64,000 nucleotides of DNA. It comes from Eledone cirrhosa (lineage: Eukaryota). The notes under the pieces were generated by a model. It saw nothing but the letters and a program-made list of their open reading frames with translations, had not been told where the DNA came from and did not search any database. The DNA is taken from positions 48,670,001 through 48,734,000 of the forward strand of contig OZ024743.1 in assembly GCA_964016885.1 (NCBI GenBank), given 5' to 3'. This document shows, piece by piece, positions 51,927-64,000 of this stretch. The stretch's first letter is position 1. Every line of letters begins with the position of its first letter. The translations under genes were made by a program, and so were the position numbers.

Positions 51927-52146
51927 CCCTTTAGCATTTACATTACACTATATATAATATTGTATTTTCACAGTAAAGGCTTTATCTTACATAATTATCT
52001 CACATAATATCGAATCTATGAGATTTTGATATCATTTATTTTGAGAGCAATACCTAAACATCGGTAAGAGTGGCAGGTTACAACCGGTTTGAACAGAAAG
52101 AGATGAGAGATTCTGGCCGGATATAGCCAGTTTAAATGCTAAAGGG
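51927..52146. mobile_element. piggyBac-like MITE with TTAA target-site duplication
   Basis: TTAA|CCCTTTAGCATTTA ... TAAATGCTAAAGGG|TTAA, with 14-bp perfect terminal inverted repeats. Confidence 0.85.
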
Positions 52147-53382
52147 TTAAATAATACAAAACTGCCCGTTTTAAAGTGTTCATAATTTTATTAATTCTTT
52201 TGATACCAACCAACCCGAAACCATCCTGGATTTATCATAGAAAATAGCTAATTTTATTATGTTTATTTTTAAGACAGTAAGATAGATCAAGGATATCAAG
52301 ACTAGAAATAAGTGGTGACATAACCAATACCTATTAATCAATATATAGATTTACCATGATCAATCAATCCTCTGAAATGATTGTAAAACAATGAACTAAT
52401 TACACACATATATGTATAAATGACTATAGCTTGAGTAGAATCTTCAATGGAGCCCCCCCCCCATAATTATATTTTTCTCCCCAAACTACCAAAACACACA
52501 ACTATTTGTATATACACTACAATTTACATACATGTCATCTTTATCACATATCAAATCTTTTTTTATATCTTGGTTGATAATAACAGCTAAACTAATCACT
52601 ACAACTAAATCAACCAAATTTGCCCCCCCCCCCCTCCCCCTTCATAAATGTTTCCACCACCCCTGCATTACTAACAGGATCATCTAACATGGTTGATGTT
52701 CATTTGGTTTGAATATCTGTAGTTTAGTTACTGATATATATACATTACTGATATATTGTATTTGTACAGAGGTTCTCAAACTTTTTGCCCCCACAGCCAC
52801 GTAATACCCTCACCGTCCCCAACCCTATTTCCAGAGAGACCTACCTTCATGCAAATTGTAAATAATTACATTGCCCAGGGTACTTGGATAAGTATATTTC
52901 ATTTTAATCAAAGGGCTCCCTGGGGGCACAAACCCCCGCTGAAAATTTTTTCCCTTCGATTTATATGAAATTTAAACCATAGGTAAATGACAAGATATGA
53001 TGCCTATTCACAAAAGTTTTGAATTGATATTTTGAAAAAAATTATTTACAAGAAACAAAATAAGAATAAGATTTAATAATTGTTTCTACTTTTGGCACAA
53101 GGCCAGCAATTACCCAGTACATTACTGGTACTTTATTTTATCGACCCCATAAGGATGAAAGGCAAAGTTAACCTCGGCGGGATTTGATTTAATAATGTAA
53201 TTTTGATTTGATATATTACAAAAAATAATGTTTTCCAATTTTTCATGCATTACATTTTACATTGAGTAATATTGAAATGCAGAGTTTTTCTCCAGAAATT
53301 ATATCACTGATTTAAAATCAATCATCATTTTCTTACAAAAAAAATGTGTGAAACGCAGCAACGTGTGCGTAATTCGGCTAGT

Positions 53383-53582
53383 NNNNNNNNNNNNNNNNNN
53401 NNNNNNNNNNNNNNNNNNNNNNNNNNNNNNNNNNNNNNNNNNNNNNNNNNNNNNNNNNNNNNNNNNNNNNNNNNNNNNNNNNNNNNNNNNNNNNNNNNNN
53501 NNNNNNNNNNNNNNNNNNNNNNNNNNNNNNNNNNNNNNNNNNNNNNNNNNNNNNNNNNNNNNNNNNNNNNNNNNNNNNNNNN
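53383..53582. other. Assembly gap (200 N)
   Basis: Run of N. Left flank ends in a Helitron-like hairpin plus CTAG (53353-53381); right flank starts inside an RTE. Confidence 1.
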
Positions 53583-53989
53583 CCCTTTAGCAGCTAATAG
53601 TGGTATAAGCTCTCTGAACTTTTTCCAACCAGTTCTGACTCTAGCTACTGTACTTTTAGAGCACCCTCCCCCACTGCTGATTTTGTCACCCAGGTAACGG
53701 AAGCTGTCCACTATTTCTATAGAACCCTCTGCGCAATTGAAAGAGCTAGTATTTTGTGGGCACTTGCTGCTACTTATTGCACCAGAACACCGGCCACATG
53801 TAAAATCTATGTTCTTAGTTAGCTTACCTGTGATCCCACTACATCTTTTATGCACCCATACTTTGCATTTAGGACATAAAATGGAATTTCTACCTACACC
53901 TTTCCTACACACCGAGCACGACCATTTCCAGAAGGGACCGCCGCCTTGTTTTCTTTCCTACAAACTAGAACTTTGGTCTTAGCCAGGTT

Positions 53990-53990
<1 letters not shown>
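53583..53990 (-). mobile_element. RTE LINE fragment (PHD-like finger region), running into the gap
   Basis: CRKGVGRNSILCPKCKVWVHKRC...FRELIPLLAAKG. The 5' end abuts a long (TA)n tract. Confidence 0.92.
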
Positions 53991-55204
<1,214 letters not shown>

Positions 55205-55205
<1 letters not shown>

Positions 55206-55664
55206 TATATAAAAGAATTACAACCAAAATTAAATAGAAAATATGAGTGGAACAGCAACATCTCAACTTACAATTAAGGTCAAAATGAAAACACACATAG
55301 AACAAACAACCAACCGGTAACATGTAAATAAACAAATAAATAAACGAATATAAACACACAGACACCCGGATGTGGCGCATGCGCAGACTGAGCACACAAC
55401 ACACACACAGAAACAAAATGGCGTAGGACAGAACAAAGGAGAGGCACAAAAACAAAAAATAGAATCCCCAGTCACTGAAGAGGTCACAGAATGTGTGACA
55501 AAAGAACTTTGACAATATATAAACAACTATCTGGTTTTTGGAACCAACCAACCAACCAGAAATTTATAAATTTCTAAATTTATAAATTTATTATAATAAA
55601 TTGAAGTGAAAGCAACTGGTGCGTGTGTTTCTTATTGGCAACATGACCCTCCCAAAGTATAACA

Positions 55665-55665
<1 letters not shown>
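55205..55665 (+). mobile_element. Second copy of the 38145-38478 family, with hammerhead motif at 55471-55513
   Basis: GTCA-CTGAAGA-gGTCACAgaatgTGTGAC-AAAA-GAAC-TT-TGAC (GAAA mutated at a CpG). Shares the end catgaccctcccaaagtataacaatat. Confidence 0.75.
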
Positions 55666-55695
<30 letters not shown>

Positions 55696-55971
55696 CAGTG
55701 TGAAAAGAAGCTCGTTTTCCAACCACATATTTCAGGGTTCATTCCCACTGCTCGGGCCGACCAAAGCCCTGTTAGTGGATTTGATAGATCGAAACTAAAA
55801 GAATCCCGTAGTATATATGTATATATGTCTGTGTGTCTTTGCGTTTGTGTTTGCCCTCCCACCAATGCTTGTTGGTTTGTTGACGTCCCCATAACATACC
55901 AAGGTGATGCTCCAGCATGGGTGTAGTCCAGAGACAGAAAAAAGGTCAAATATGTGTGTGTGTGTGTGTAG

Positions 55972-56378
55972 AAGAGGGGTCTCAAACTCAAGGACACAAA
56001 AGGGCTATTATGTCCTGGAGGAGAGACATAGTGGGCCAAACGTGGTGGTGGGTGAAATTTTTCACCAGTTATAATCATTTCTACTATAGGAACAAGGCAT
56101 GAAATTTGGGGTTTAGGGTTCAGTCGATTGCATCGATCCTAGTACACAACTGGTACTTAATTCATTGACTCAAAAAGGATGTAAGGCAAAGTTGAGATCA
56201 GCGGAATTTGAACTCAGAACATTAAAACGGAAGAAGTACCGTTAAGCATTTCGCCAGATGTGCTAACGATTCCACCAGCTCGCCGCCTTATTTTCACCAG
56301 TTATAATGCGATATGAAATATTGGTTCTACCACGGGCCACAGATAAGTAGTTCGCGGGCCGCATGTGTGAGCCCCCTG
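55972..56378. mobile_element. hAT (Charlie-like) MITE with a nested SINE (56076-56290) flanked by a 17-bp target-site duplication
   Basis: Ends aggggtctcaaac ... gtgtgagccccctg. ttttcaccagttataat occurs at 56059-56075 and 56291-56307. Confidence 0.65.
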
Positions 56379-58332
56379 TTGCAGATAAATAGATAGATAG
56401 ATAGATAGACGTGTACCAAACACACACACATTTTTTACTCTCTCTGTCCCTCCCTCTTTCTCTCTTCGTGTGTGTGTGTGTGAGAGAGTGCGTGAGTGTG
56501 TGTGTGTGGAGCGTTGTTATTTGGCGTTGTTGAAAAGACCTGTGGCCTTTGACCTGGCAATAAAAAACTGTAGACAAAATTCTTTTTGTGTTTGTGTGTG
56601 TGTGTATATGTGTGTGTGTCTATCTATGTTTATATATAAGGGATAAAAATATTGCTTTCTCAGTCACCAAGCTTCTCAATTCATTCCTTACTACTTATTT
56701 TGCTACGAGGTATATTATTTTGCAAGGTACTATTTTTCCCCTGAGTTTGTGATTTCAGAGAAAGGTAAGAAATTCTTCATATTTTGCATCTTTTGTATTT
56801 TGACTTTGCAGTTTCAATTGTCTATCCACTCAAAATATTACAACAGCTAACAGTGAAATATAGAATTTTAAAAAAAAAAAAAAGCTTTTTTGACTGAGAT
56901 CAAATGTTTTTTTTTATTTCAAAAATATATAATTTGAAATAGCTTGCTTTTGTTTTGGACTGAAACTTTTTTTGTATTTAATTCGTACGAGTATTATTTA
57001 AAGAATCTAAGATAACTTGATTTGGTCCAGTAATCTACTGGTATCAAAATCAGTAGTATATTAAAAAATGGAAAAATAGGGTTGGGGGGGGGGGGGCGTT
57101 TCATGATTTGGAGGGGCAAAAGGGGGCATTTGGCCAAAATGGGTTGAGAACCTTTGTGTAGTGCATACAAGATGTATGCTTCAACCCGTGCGCATGGGAA
57201 GGTAGGCCTTCTGAATAACTGCATAACACCAGAGACCTCGACCCTGTGTAATCGCCTTCCAGAGGAGCAATTGTTCGAGGTCAGCTTTTATCACCTCATC
57301 GCAAGTCTTCCTAGGTCTTCCAACATATACACAGAACATAAGAAAAGAATAAATAATTAAAATTAAACTTGGTTCGTTAACAACCTTTTTCTCTAACAGA
57401 TTTATCATCAAACCCATAGCAGTAAAAATATCTGGCATACTACATCACCAAACCACTTTCCTAGTTACTAGGATCAAAATAGAGAAGGCTGTCCACAAGA
57501 GCAATCCTCAAGAGGTGGACTTGCTCTTTAGGTACATCTCATTTGCCATTCTTCAAGGTAACACATGTGTAATTCTGTCTGCAGGGAGCATGAAGTAACA
57601 ACTTAAGCGTAATGTTGATTAAGTGTTATTGTTGTAGTCATTTAACCTGATTATCATTTTTTTTTTTTTATATTTCCCATGCAGTTTTTGTGCTACATCC
57701 TCAATTCTTTAGTGGTTTCAGCCACCAGCTGTACATGAGCTTTTGACCCTAAAAATACCAACCTGCCTGAGACCATCTCTGGTTCTATTAAACTGCTCAT
57801 TCTGAAGTGTTCATATTTACATTAAAACCTTCCTTAGTAATTTTATATAAGAACCTTATGAAAACATGTCCCAATCACTTGATAGGACTGGGGGCCCTAT
57901 CATTCAAACACCCTAGAAACTGCCGAGGAGATACAACCTCATAGAAGGTCGGCATGTGTGAGCCATAACTACACGATTAATAGTGAAAAAATTTATTTTA
58001 CTAAATACCTTCACTCAGTTATTTTCAAAATTAATTGGAAAAGATGGTCAGTATAACTATTTCATTATAAATACAGTTACGAAAGGGCTTTTTAAAATTG
58101 TTATAACTGAATTGCAGAAAGGACTACCAAATACATTTTGTGGAATAGATCTAGAGTTGTTAGAGCTAACTTCATATTCCTGCAGAAAACCTTTGCATCT
58201 CTTCCACTAACTCCTCCTCAAAATTGAATGAGGGTCTAGATGGAATTAAAATATGCTATTGTTTAATATGGCACAAATAAATCCAGAATAACTTGAAATG
58301 TGATCACATTTCTGTAACCTTGAACACATATA

Positions 58333-59137
58333 TGAGGTCTGTCGAAAAAGTATCCAACTTTACCCCCCCCCCCCCCCCCCCCCCGTGAAAAATAATGATG
58401 TTAGGAAGGCAAAAGTGTGCAGAATGGCACTGCATACATTCATGTGCATGCAAGCCTGTTGGTGAGATCACTGGATGCATGTCGCACTCAAGCAGCCAGC
58501 ATGTGAGGTGCTGTACTACTTACTCATTGCATTTTCTTTTCACCCGATACTGCCAACAAGGATCGCGAGTTCCTAAATACTGTAATAACTGAAGAAGAGA
58601 TGTGGGTGTATAGGTATGTCCTGCAAACCAAAGCTCAGTCCTCACAGTGGAAGTATCCAACATCATCAAGGCCCCAAAAAAACATGTCAGGTGCAGAAAA
58701 AAAAAAATCAAGGTAATGTTGACTGATCACAAATATGCACTAGGACAAACAATTACAAAGGAATATTATACAACAGATTCATGATGCAGTTCAGTGGGTC
58801 TCACAAAACTGGCAGCTGCATCATGACAACTATCCTACTCATTTGTTACATCTGATCCAAGATTTCTTGGCAAAGAAAATTACTTTACTCATTCACCAGG
58901 CTCCTTACTCTCCTAACTTCTGGTTGTTCCCAAAAATGAAGATGCCATTGAAAGGCTTCACCATGTGAACTGCAGCAGTAGAACTGAGAACTATTCCAGA
59001 AGTAGTCCAAGCATGCTTTAAGCAATGAAAGGATTCATGGACTGTGTGTGCCTACTTTGAAGAGGATTAGTAATTAAATCCCACATCATTTCTTTTCTTC
59101 TCTGCCTAAAGTCAGATACCTTTTTTGACAGACCTCA
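58333..59137 (+). mobile_element. Internally deleted, degenerate mariner element
   Basis: Terminal inverted repeats TGAGGTCTGTCGAAAAAGTATCCAACTT / aaagtcagataccttttttgacagacctca. Remnant transposase ITEEEMWVYRY...TKAQSSQWK and WQLHHDN...APYSP..FWLFPKMK.PLKG. Confidence 0.85.
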
Positions 59138-60869
59138 AGTGTGAAGGCGCATGGCTTATTGGTTAAGAGCATTGGGCTTGCAATTGAGAGGTTGGACATT
59201 GTGTCTTTGAGCAAGACGGTTTATTTCACATTTCTCCAGTTCACTCAATATTTCAGACAGTATACTATGAAATCTTGCCTCCAACTCATTCTGCTATCAG
59301 TTTCATCAACTCATCACCTTGTGTCATATAATATTAAAAAATGTGGTTACATTTTTTCCCTCCCAACTAAAAATTTTAACATTTTAATCAAACTGTGGTT
59401 GTGCAAGTAATGATTTAATAGAGCTCACATCATGAATTCAAATGTGGCTAAACTGCAAACTGTGTTGTACACAAAGTCAAGAAACACCATGACAACACAG
59501 GAATCCCTATGTAGTCTCTCTACCTGATAGGAATAGTATCTACATCTCTCCCAATTTACTTGCTACTGTCTTAAAAAAGGAAGGACACATAATACAGTGC
59601 TAGCTAGATGCATTATGTTTGAAGATGAGATAGGATGGTCGCAGCTGGAATGTCTGATTGATAGGTCTGCTCAATCAGAGCTGAGTAGATAATTAAATGA
59701 TGAATACTTGTTTCAGTCTACCTAAATAAATATTAAGTACTAATTACTGCTTAATTACCATATTTCAAGTAAAAAAAAAAGGTACTGCTTGTGATTTACA
59801 AATAATTTTAAAATAAACAAATTTAACAAAGGTTCTTATATATTACAATGTAAGGATTTTAATATAAAAACTATAAAATAAATAGATTTATCATAGAAAC
59901 AGTAGCATTTCAGGCAGTTTGGTAGAAAAAGTGTTAAAAGTACCCAATCATAAAAACGCTTGCTCCAAAGCCTGAAAATATCCATGTTTATGAAATTAAC
60001 TAAAATCTATTGAACCTATATTAGAATAGATGTGAAATAACAAAAGTGAAAGAACAAAAACAAGTGAGTGCCATACATCTATGCTTTGAGCAGGAATAAT
60101 ACCATGGCTTCAATAATTAGTCGAGGGTGGGTGGTGTATTGACAGAGCACTGATTGAGATACCTTACAGTATCAGTCCTGGTCATCTGCATTCTGAGTAC
60201 AAATCCCAACTATCCCTAGAAAAATGTTGATATCAAAACACCCATAACACTATGAAATGTAACCTCCATGCTAGCGTCGAAAAATGGACATAAAATGATG
60301 ACGACGAGGCAGGCTAAATGCACACACTATGGAGCCATGATAATACACAAATATGGTTATACTGTTTTTATAAAGTATGTAGTTTAAATTATTAAATATC
60401 AAATTTCATAAAAAGCAAATGACTCTAGATACAGTAATGTTTTTTGAGAAACTGATATAAACCATATGACACTATGTGACATCTTCATGCACATGATTCA
60501 TAACAAGAATACTAGGAAATAAGTATTAGGTTTCTTTTTATTCTAGAAATGTTATAAAGATGGCATACAACAAATAAAGTTATAGTGACATAAAAACAAA
60601 ATTAAAATTGATATAGTATAGGAATTAAACCAAGTTCTGATGCTCTTTACCTACTAGATAGAGGTAATCTTAGTTTTTAAGGCATTAAGAGGTTGAGAAA
60701 CATTTAGTAGACCCATGAATAGGATATCAGGATAGGATTTAACTCTTTTGATATCAAACTGACTGAAACCACTCTTGGTTTGTTTGTTTTTAAAACTGTT
60801 TATATTTATCTAAAAACCTTCCATTATAATATTCTGTAAGAACCTTTGTTACATTACGCTACAAGCACT

Positions 60870-62010
60870 AGCTTTAATTCTTCTCAATATCTTTCTTTAT
60901 CTTCTCCTTGTACTCCATTCCACATCATTTCCATCACTTTCATCCTTTGTCAACACATGACCCAACCAAATCATTCCATTTCCCTTCACAACATTCATCA
61001 TTGGTTCTATTCCCATCATCCTCTGCAATTCATTGTCTTCCTCTCTATCAGTAATATTCCACTCATCCACTGGACCATTTCCATTCTTTCTAGCTTTCTC
61101 TGTTGCTCTATGTTCATCACCCATGTTTCACTCCCACAAATATAGCATGAACTTTCCTTTCAGTTTCAATAACACTTCCCTCTTCATTAGCATACTACAC
61201 AGTTCCCAGAACTTTTTCCATGCATCACTCTAGAGACTTTTGCAGAGTCTGATTCACTCTCTCCAACACGTCACTAAAGTAACAAAACGTTTTCACACCA
61301 TTCCCACAATCCAACACCCTTTCTATCTGTAGCTCCCTCTATACACACTTTACACAAATATAGCTGCTATATTATGTAATAATCCCTTCACACCAACATA
61401 TCTTTGATGCACCCACCCGGTGCATATTGTTCATTTAATGGATTTCACTTCAACACCCTTCCTTCACACTGCACATGGCCACCTTTCTTTTCTTTCCATC
61501 TCACCAAATGGTTTACAACTTGCCATCTCCTTCATTTGATTGGCAAAGTCATTGTTAGTGTTGGGCAAATGCTTAGCAGTATTTTTTCCAGCTCTTTATG
61601 TTCCAAGTTCAAATCCAACTAAAATCAATTTTGCTTTTCATCCCTTCAAGGTCAATAAAATAAAGTACCAGTAAAGCATTGGGATTTATATAAGCAACTT
61701 TCCTTTCCACACAAATTGCTGGCCTTGTGTCTAAATTAATATTCACCTTCATACCTTTTATTTCCATACATTCCTACCACCTATTCATCTTCCCCTTCAG
61801 TCCATCCATATTCTCAATTAACATCAAGTCATCTGCTTACAAAAATTTCCATGGTAAATCCTCCTTTAAAATTTAAGCCAATACCTCCATCATAACTTAA
61901 AATAATACTAATCATTGATGCACTCCAACCCTCACTTTAAATTCATTAGTTCCAGTCCTTCATTCTTATCTTTGTACACACTTTCTCATACATTGTCATC
62001 ACTCCTCTCA
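60870..62010 (-). mobile_element. Highly degenerate RTE-type LINE fragment (interrupted by a SINE at about 61555-61740)
   Basis: DLPWKFL*ADDLM (YADD remnant, about 61825-61862) and NELQRMMGIEPM...MIWLGHVL (ORF 60897..61124). Confidence 0.65.
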
Positions 62011-62728
62011 CCTGTAGAGTTGTTGGAGGGAATCAATCCACCAATGTTTGACACAAAATCCAATGTGTGTACATGACAGATTTTGTGAAGACAAATACTT
62101 CCAGCTTGCATAAGCCCATCCCTCTCATTGGCCATGTCTCACAGTCCTATAGAAGTATGATACAAACCTGCACTCAGTAGAGTCCCATATCCTAACTGTA
62201 TAACAACCAATGTCCCATTTTGCAAAAACATATGCCCCACCCATGCGAACACAAAGAAATGGCAGTAAAGTACCATTTTCCCCCACACACACAAAAAAAA
62301 AAAAAAGTGGTGGTCAGGAACAAGGCATTAAAAGTATCATTAACTATTCTATATATTGATGCATGTATTCATAAAAATGTACTTTGTCAGATGAAGATCT
62401 AATTGAAACAAATGTAATTAATACTTATAAAAACAGAAAATGATATTAAGTCTACTACTAGTTGTAGTTGCAATGGAGGTATTATTATAAACAGTGAATA
62501 ATGAAGAAAACAAAAGATATTACAACAATAAGGAAGTAACATTATATATGCAAACCACCAAGATACATTTTAAAAGTCATCATTATTAAAACTCACTTTT
62601 CATATATCAAGATAAATTTATGACTTCCTTTGAAACCATAGGTAGAAATATGGTAATGAGAGGATTGATGGCATTACTTTTAATTACTCCACTTCAAATT
62701 AATAGAAATATCTTTTTGACATCATTAA

Positions 62729-63510
62729 CCCTTTAGTTTTCAAACCACCCGAAATCGCCCGAAAACACCCACACTAAAAAATTGTTCTAAAAATAAACAA
62801 ACCATCATCAAAATCTCGTCAATTCGAGATTACTGCGAGATTAGGCCCTTACCGCGAAAATTAACACTTAATATAGTGGAACAACTTAGAACAAGTGTTT
62901 TTTTAACTTTGAAAGTACAACAACTTTTTTTTTTGTATCAACATGGCTTATGAAAGTAGCGATACTGACTTTGAAGGTTTTACACACGACGACATTCAGA
63001 ATAAACAAGAAACAATGATAATATTAGTGATATATCTTCAAATGAATCTGATGTTTATATTTCTGAAATTTCGTCCGGCGATGATTGTTGTTTTGAAAGT
63101 GAAAACGAAAATATTACAGCAACGTGGTTGAAAAATACCACACTAATATATGTTCCCGATTTTATTCAAAATACTGGTCCACAACAAACATTACCTCCCG
63201 ATGCTAAAGCACTGGATTATTTCTTTTTGTTTTTACCACAAACTTTCTTCGAAGTTGTGGCAGAAGAGATTAATCGATATGCCCAACAACAGATTTCAAA
63301 TCGAGGAAAACCCGATCTGTTTGGTGACTGACAGATGCTGCGGAAATGCAAGCATTTTTTATCGTAAATATTATGTTCGGTATAAAACAATTTCCAAGAC
63401 TGTGGAATTACTGGAGCACTGATAAGGTTTAGTGATCCTTATATATCAAGTATTATGCCGAAAACAACGTATTTAAATTAAACCAGTATTTGCACCTGGT
63501 TGGTACTTGA
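62729..63510 (+). mobile_element. piggyBac-family transposon 5' part, pseudogenised transposase
   Basis: TTAA|CCCTTTAG end; acidic N-terminus SSDTDFEGF; TGP...ALDYFFLFLP..FFEVVAEEINRYAQQ; AEMQAFF..NIMFGIK..PRLWNYWST. Frameshifts present. Confidence 0.82.
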
Positions 63511-63693
63511 AATGCCCCTATTAATTAATTTCACCTGCCCATAAAAGTCAAATTTGACCAAAAAAAATCAGGTAAAATTATATAATTGTATATTATTGAT
63601 ATTTAAACATCTACTAACAAAATTTCAAGCCTGCACATAGAAAATTACAAATAAATAAAATTGATAACCCTCTTGAGTATGATTAACTGAAAA

Positions 63694-64000
63694 TAATTGT
63701 TTCTACTATTGGCACAAGGCCAGCAATTACCCAGTACATTATTGGTACTTTATTTTATCGACCCCGTAAAGATGAAAGGCAAAGTAAACCTCGGCGGGAT
63801 TTGAACTCAGAATGGCAAGGGCCGTAACTCTATGCGTCAAAGCAAAGCGTCTGACCCTCTACCAATACTGCCAATTCACTGCTCTGATTAACTGAAAATA
63901 ATTGTTTCCACTTTTGGCACAAGGCCAGCAATTACCCAGTACATTCCTGGTACTTTATTTTATTGACCCCGTAAGGATGAAAGGCAAAGTAAACCTCGGC
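63694..64000 (-). mobile_element. Two tandem tRNA-derived SINE copies (second runs off the window)
   Basis: Same family as 8621-8815. tgattaactgaaaataat is duplicated on either side of the first copy. Confidence 0.88.

Noticed and set aside
53325-53912. ORFs spanning the N run
   Set aside because: Artefacts of translating through the assembly gap.

Overview
Eukaryotic, AT-rich, microsatellite-dense and repeat-dominated DNA. The RTE/CR1 LINEs, tRNA-derived SINEs and (TA)n/(CA)n density suggest a cephalopod such as Octopus, which is an inference. The only securely identified host gene is fatty acid 2-hydroxylase (FA2H) on the minus strand, seen as its last two coding exons (50077-49828 and 43845-43775). 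A possible second minus-strand gene has candidate exons at about 15894-16270, 9719-9982 and 6266-6401. The rest is mobile-element debris: a Penelope-like 3' end, RTE LINEs with a PHD-like finger, CR1-like LINEs, an RLE-type LINE fragment, SINEs, Helitron-like elements, and mariner, piggyBac, hAT and Tigger-like remnants. Two patterns stand out. (1) Three multi-kb minisatellites (43, 51 and 83 bp units) each arose in place from ordinary local sequence: a LINE, a SINE, and the FA2H exon/intron junction, the last giving about 33 intronic copies of the 5' splice site. (2) Short Penelope-type elements with hammerhead-ribozyme cores recur, several as long fold-back palindromes. The 2454-aa His-rich ORF is most likely a by-product of the 51-bp array.
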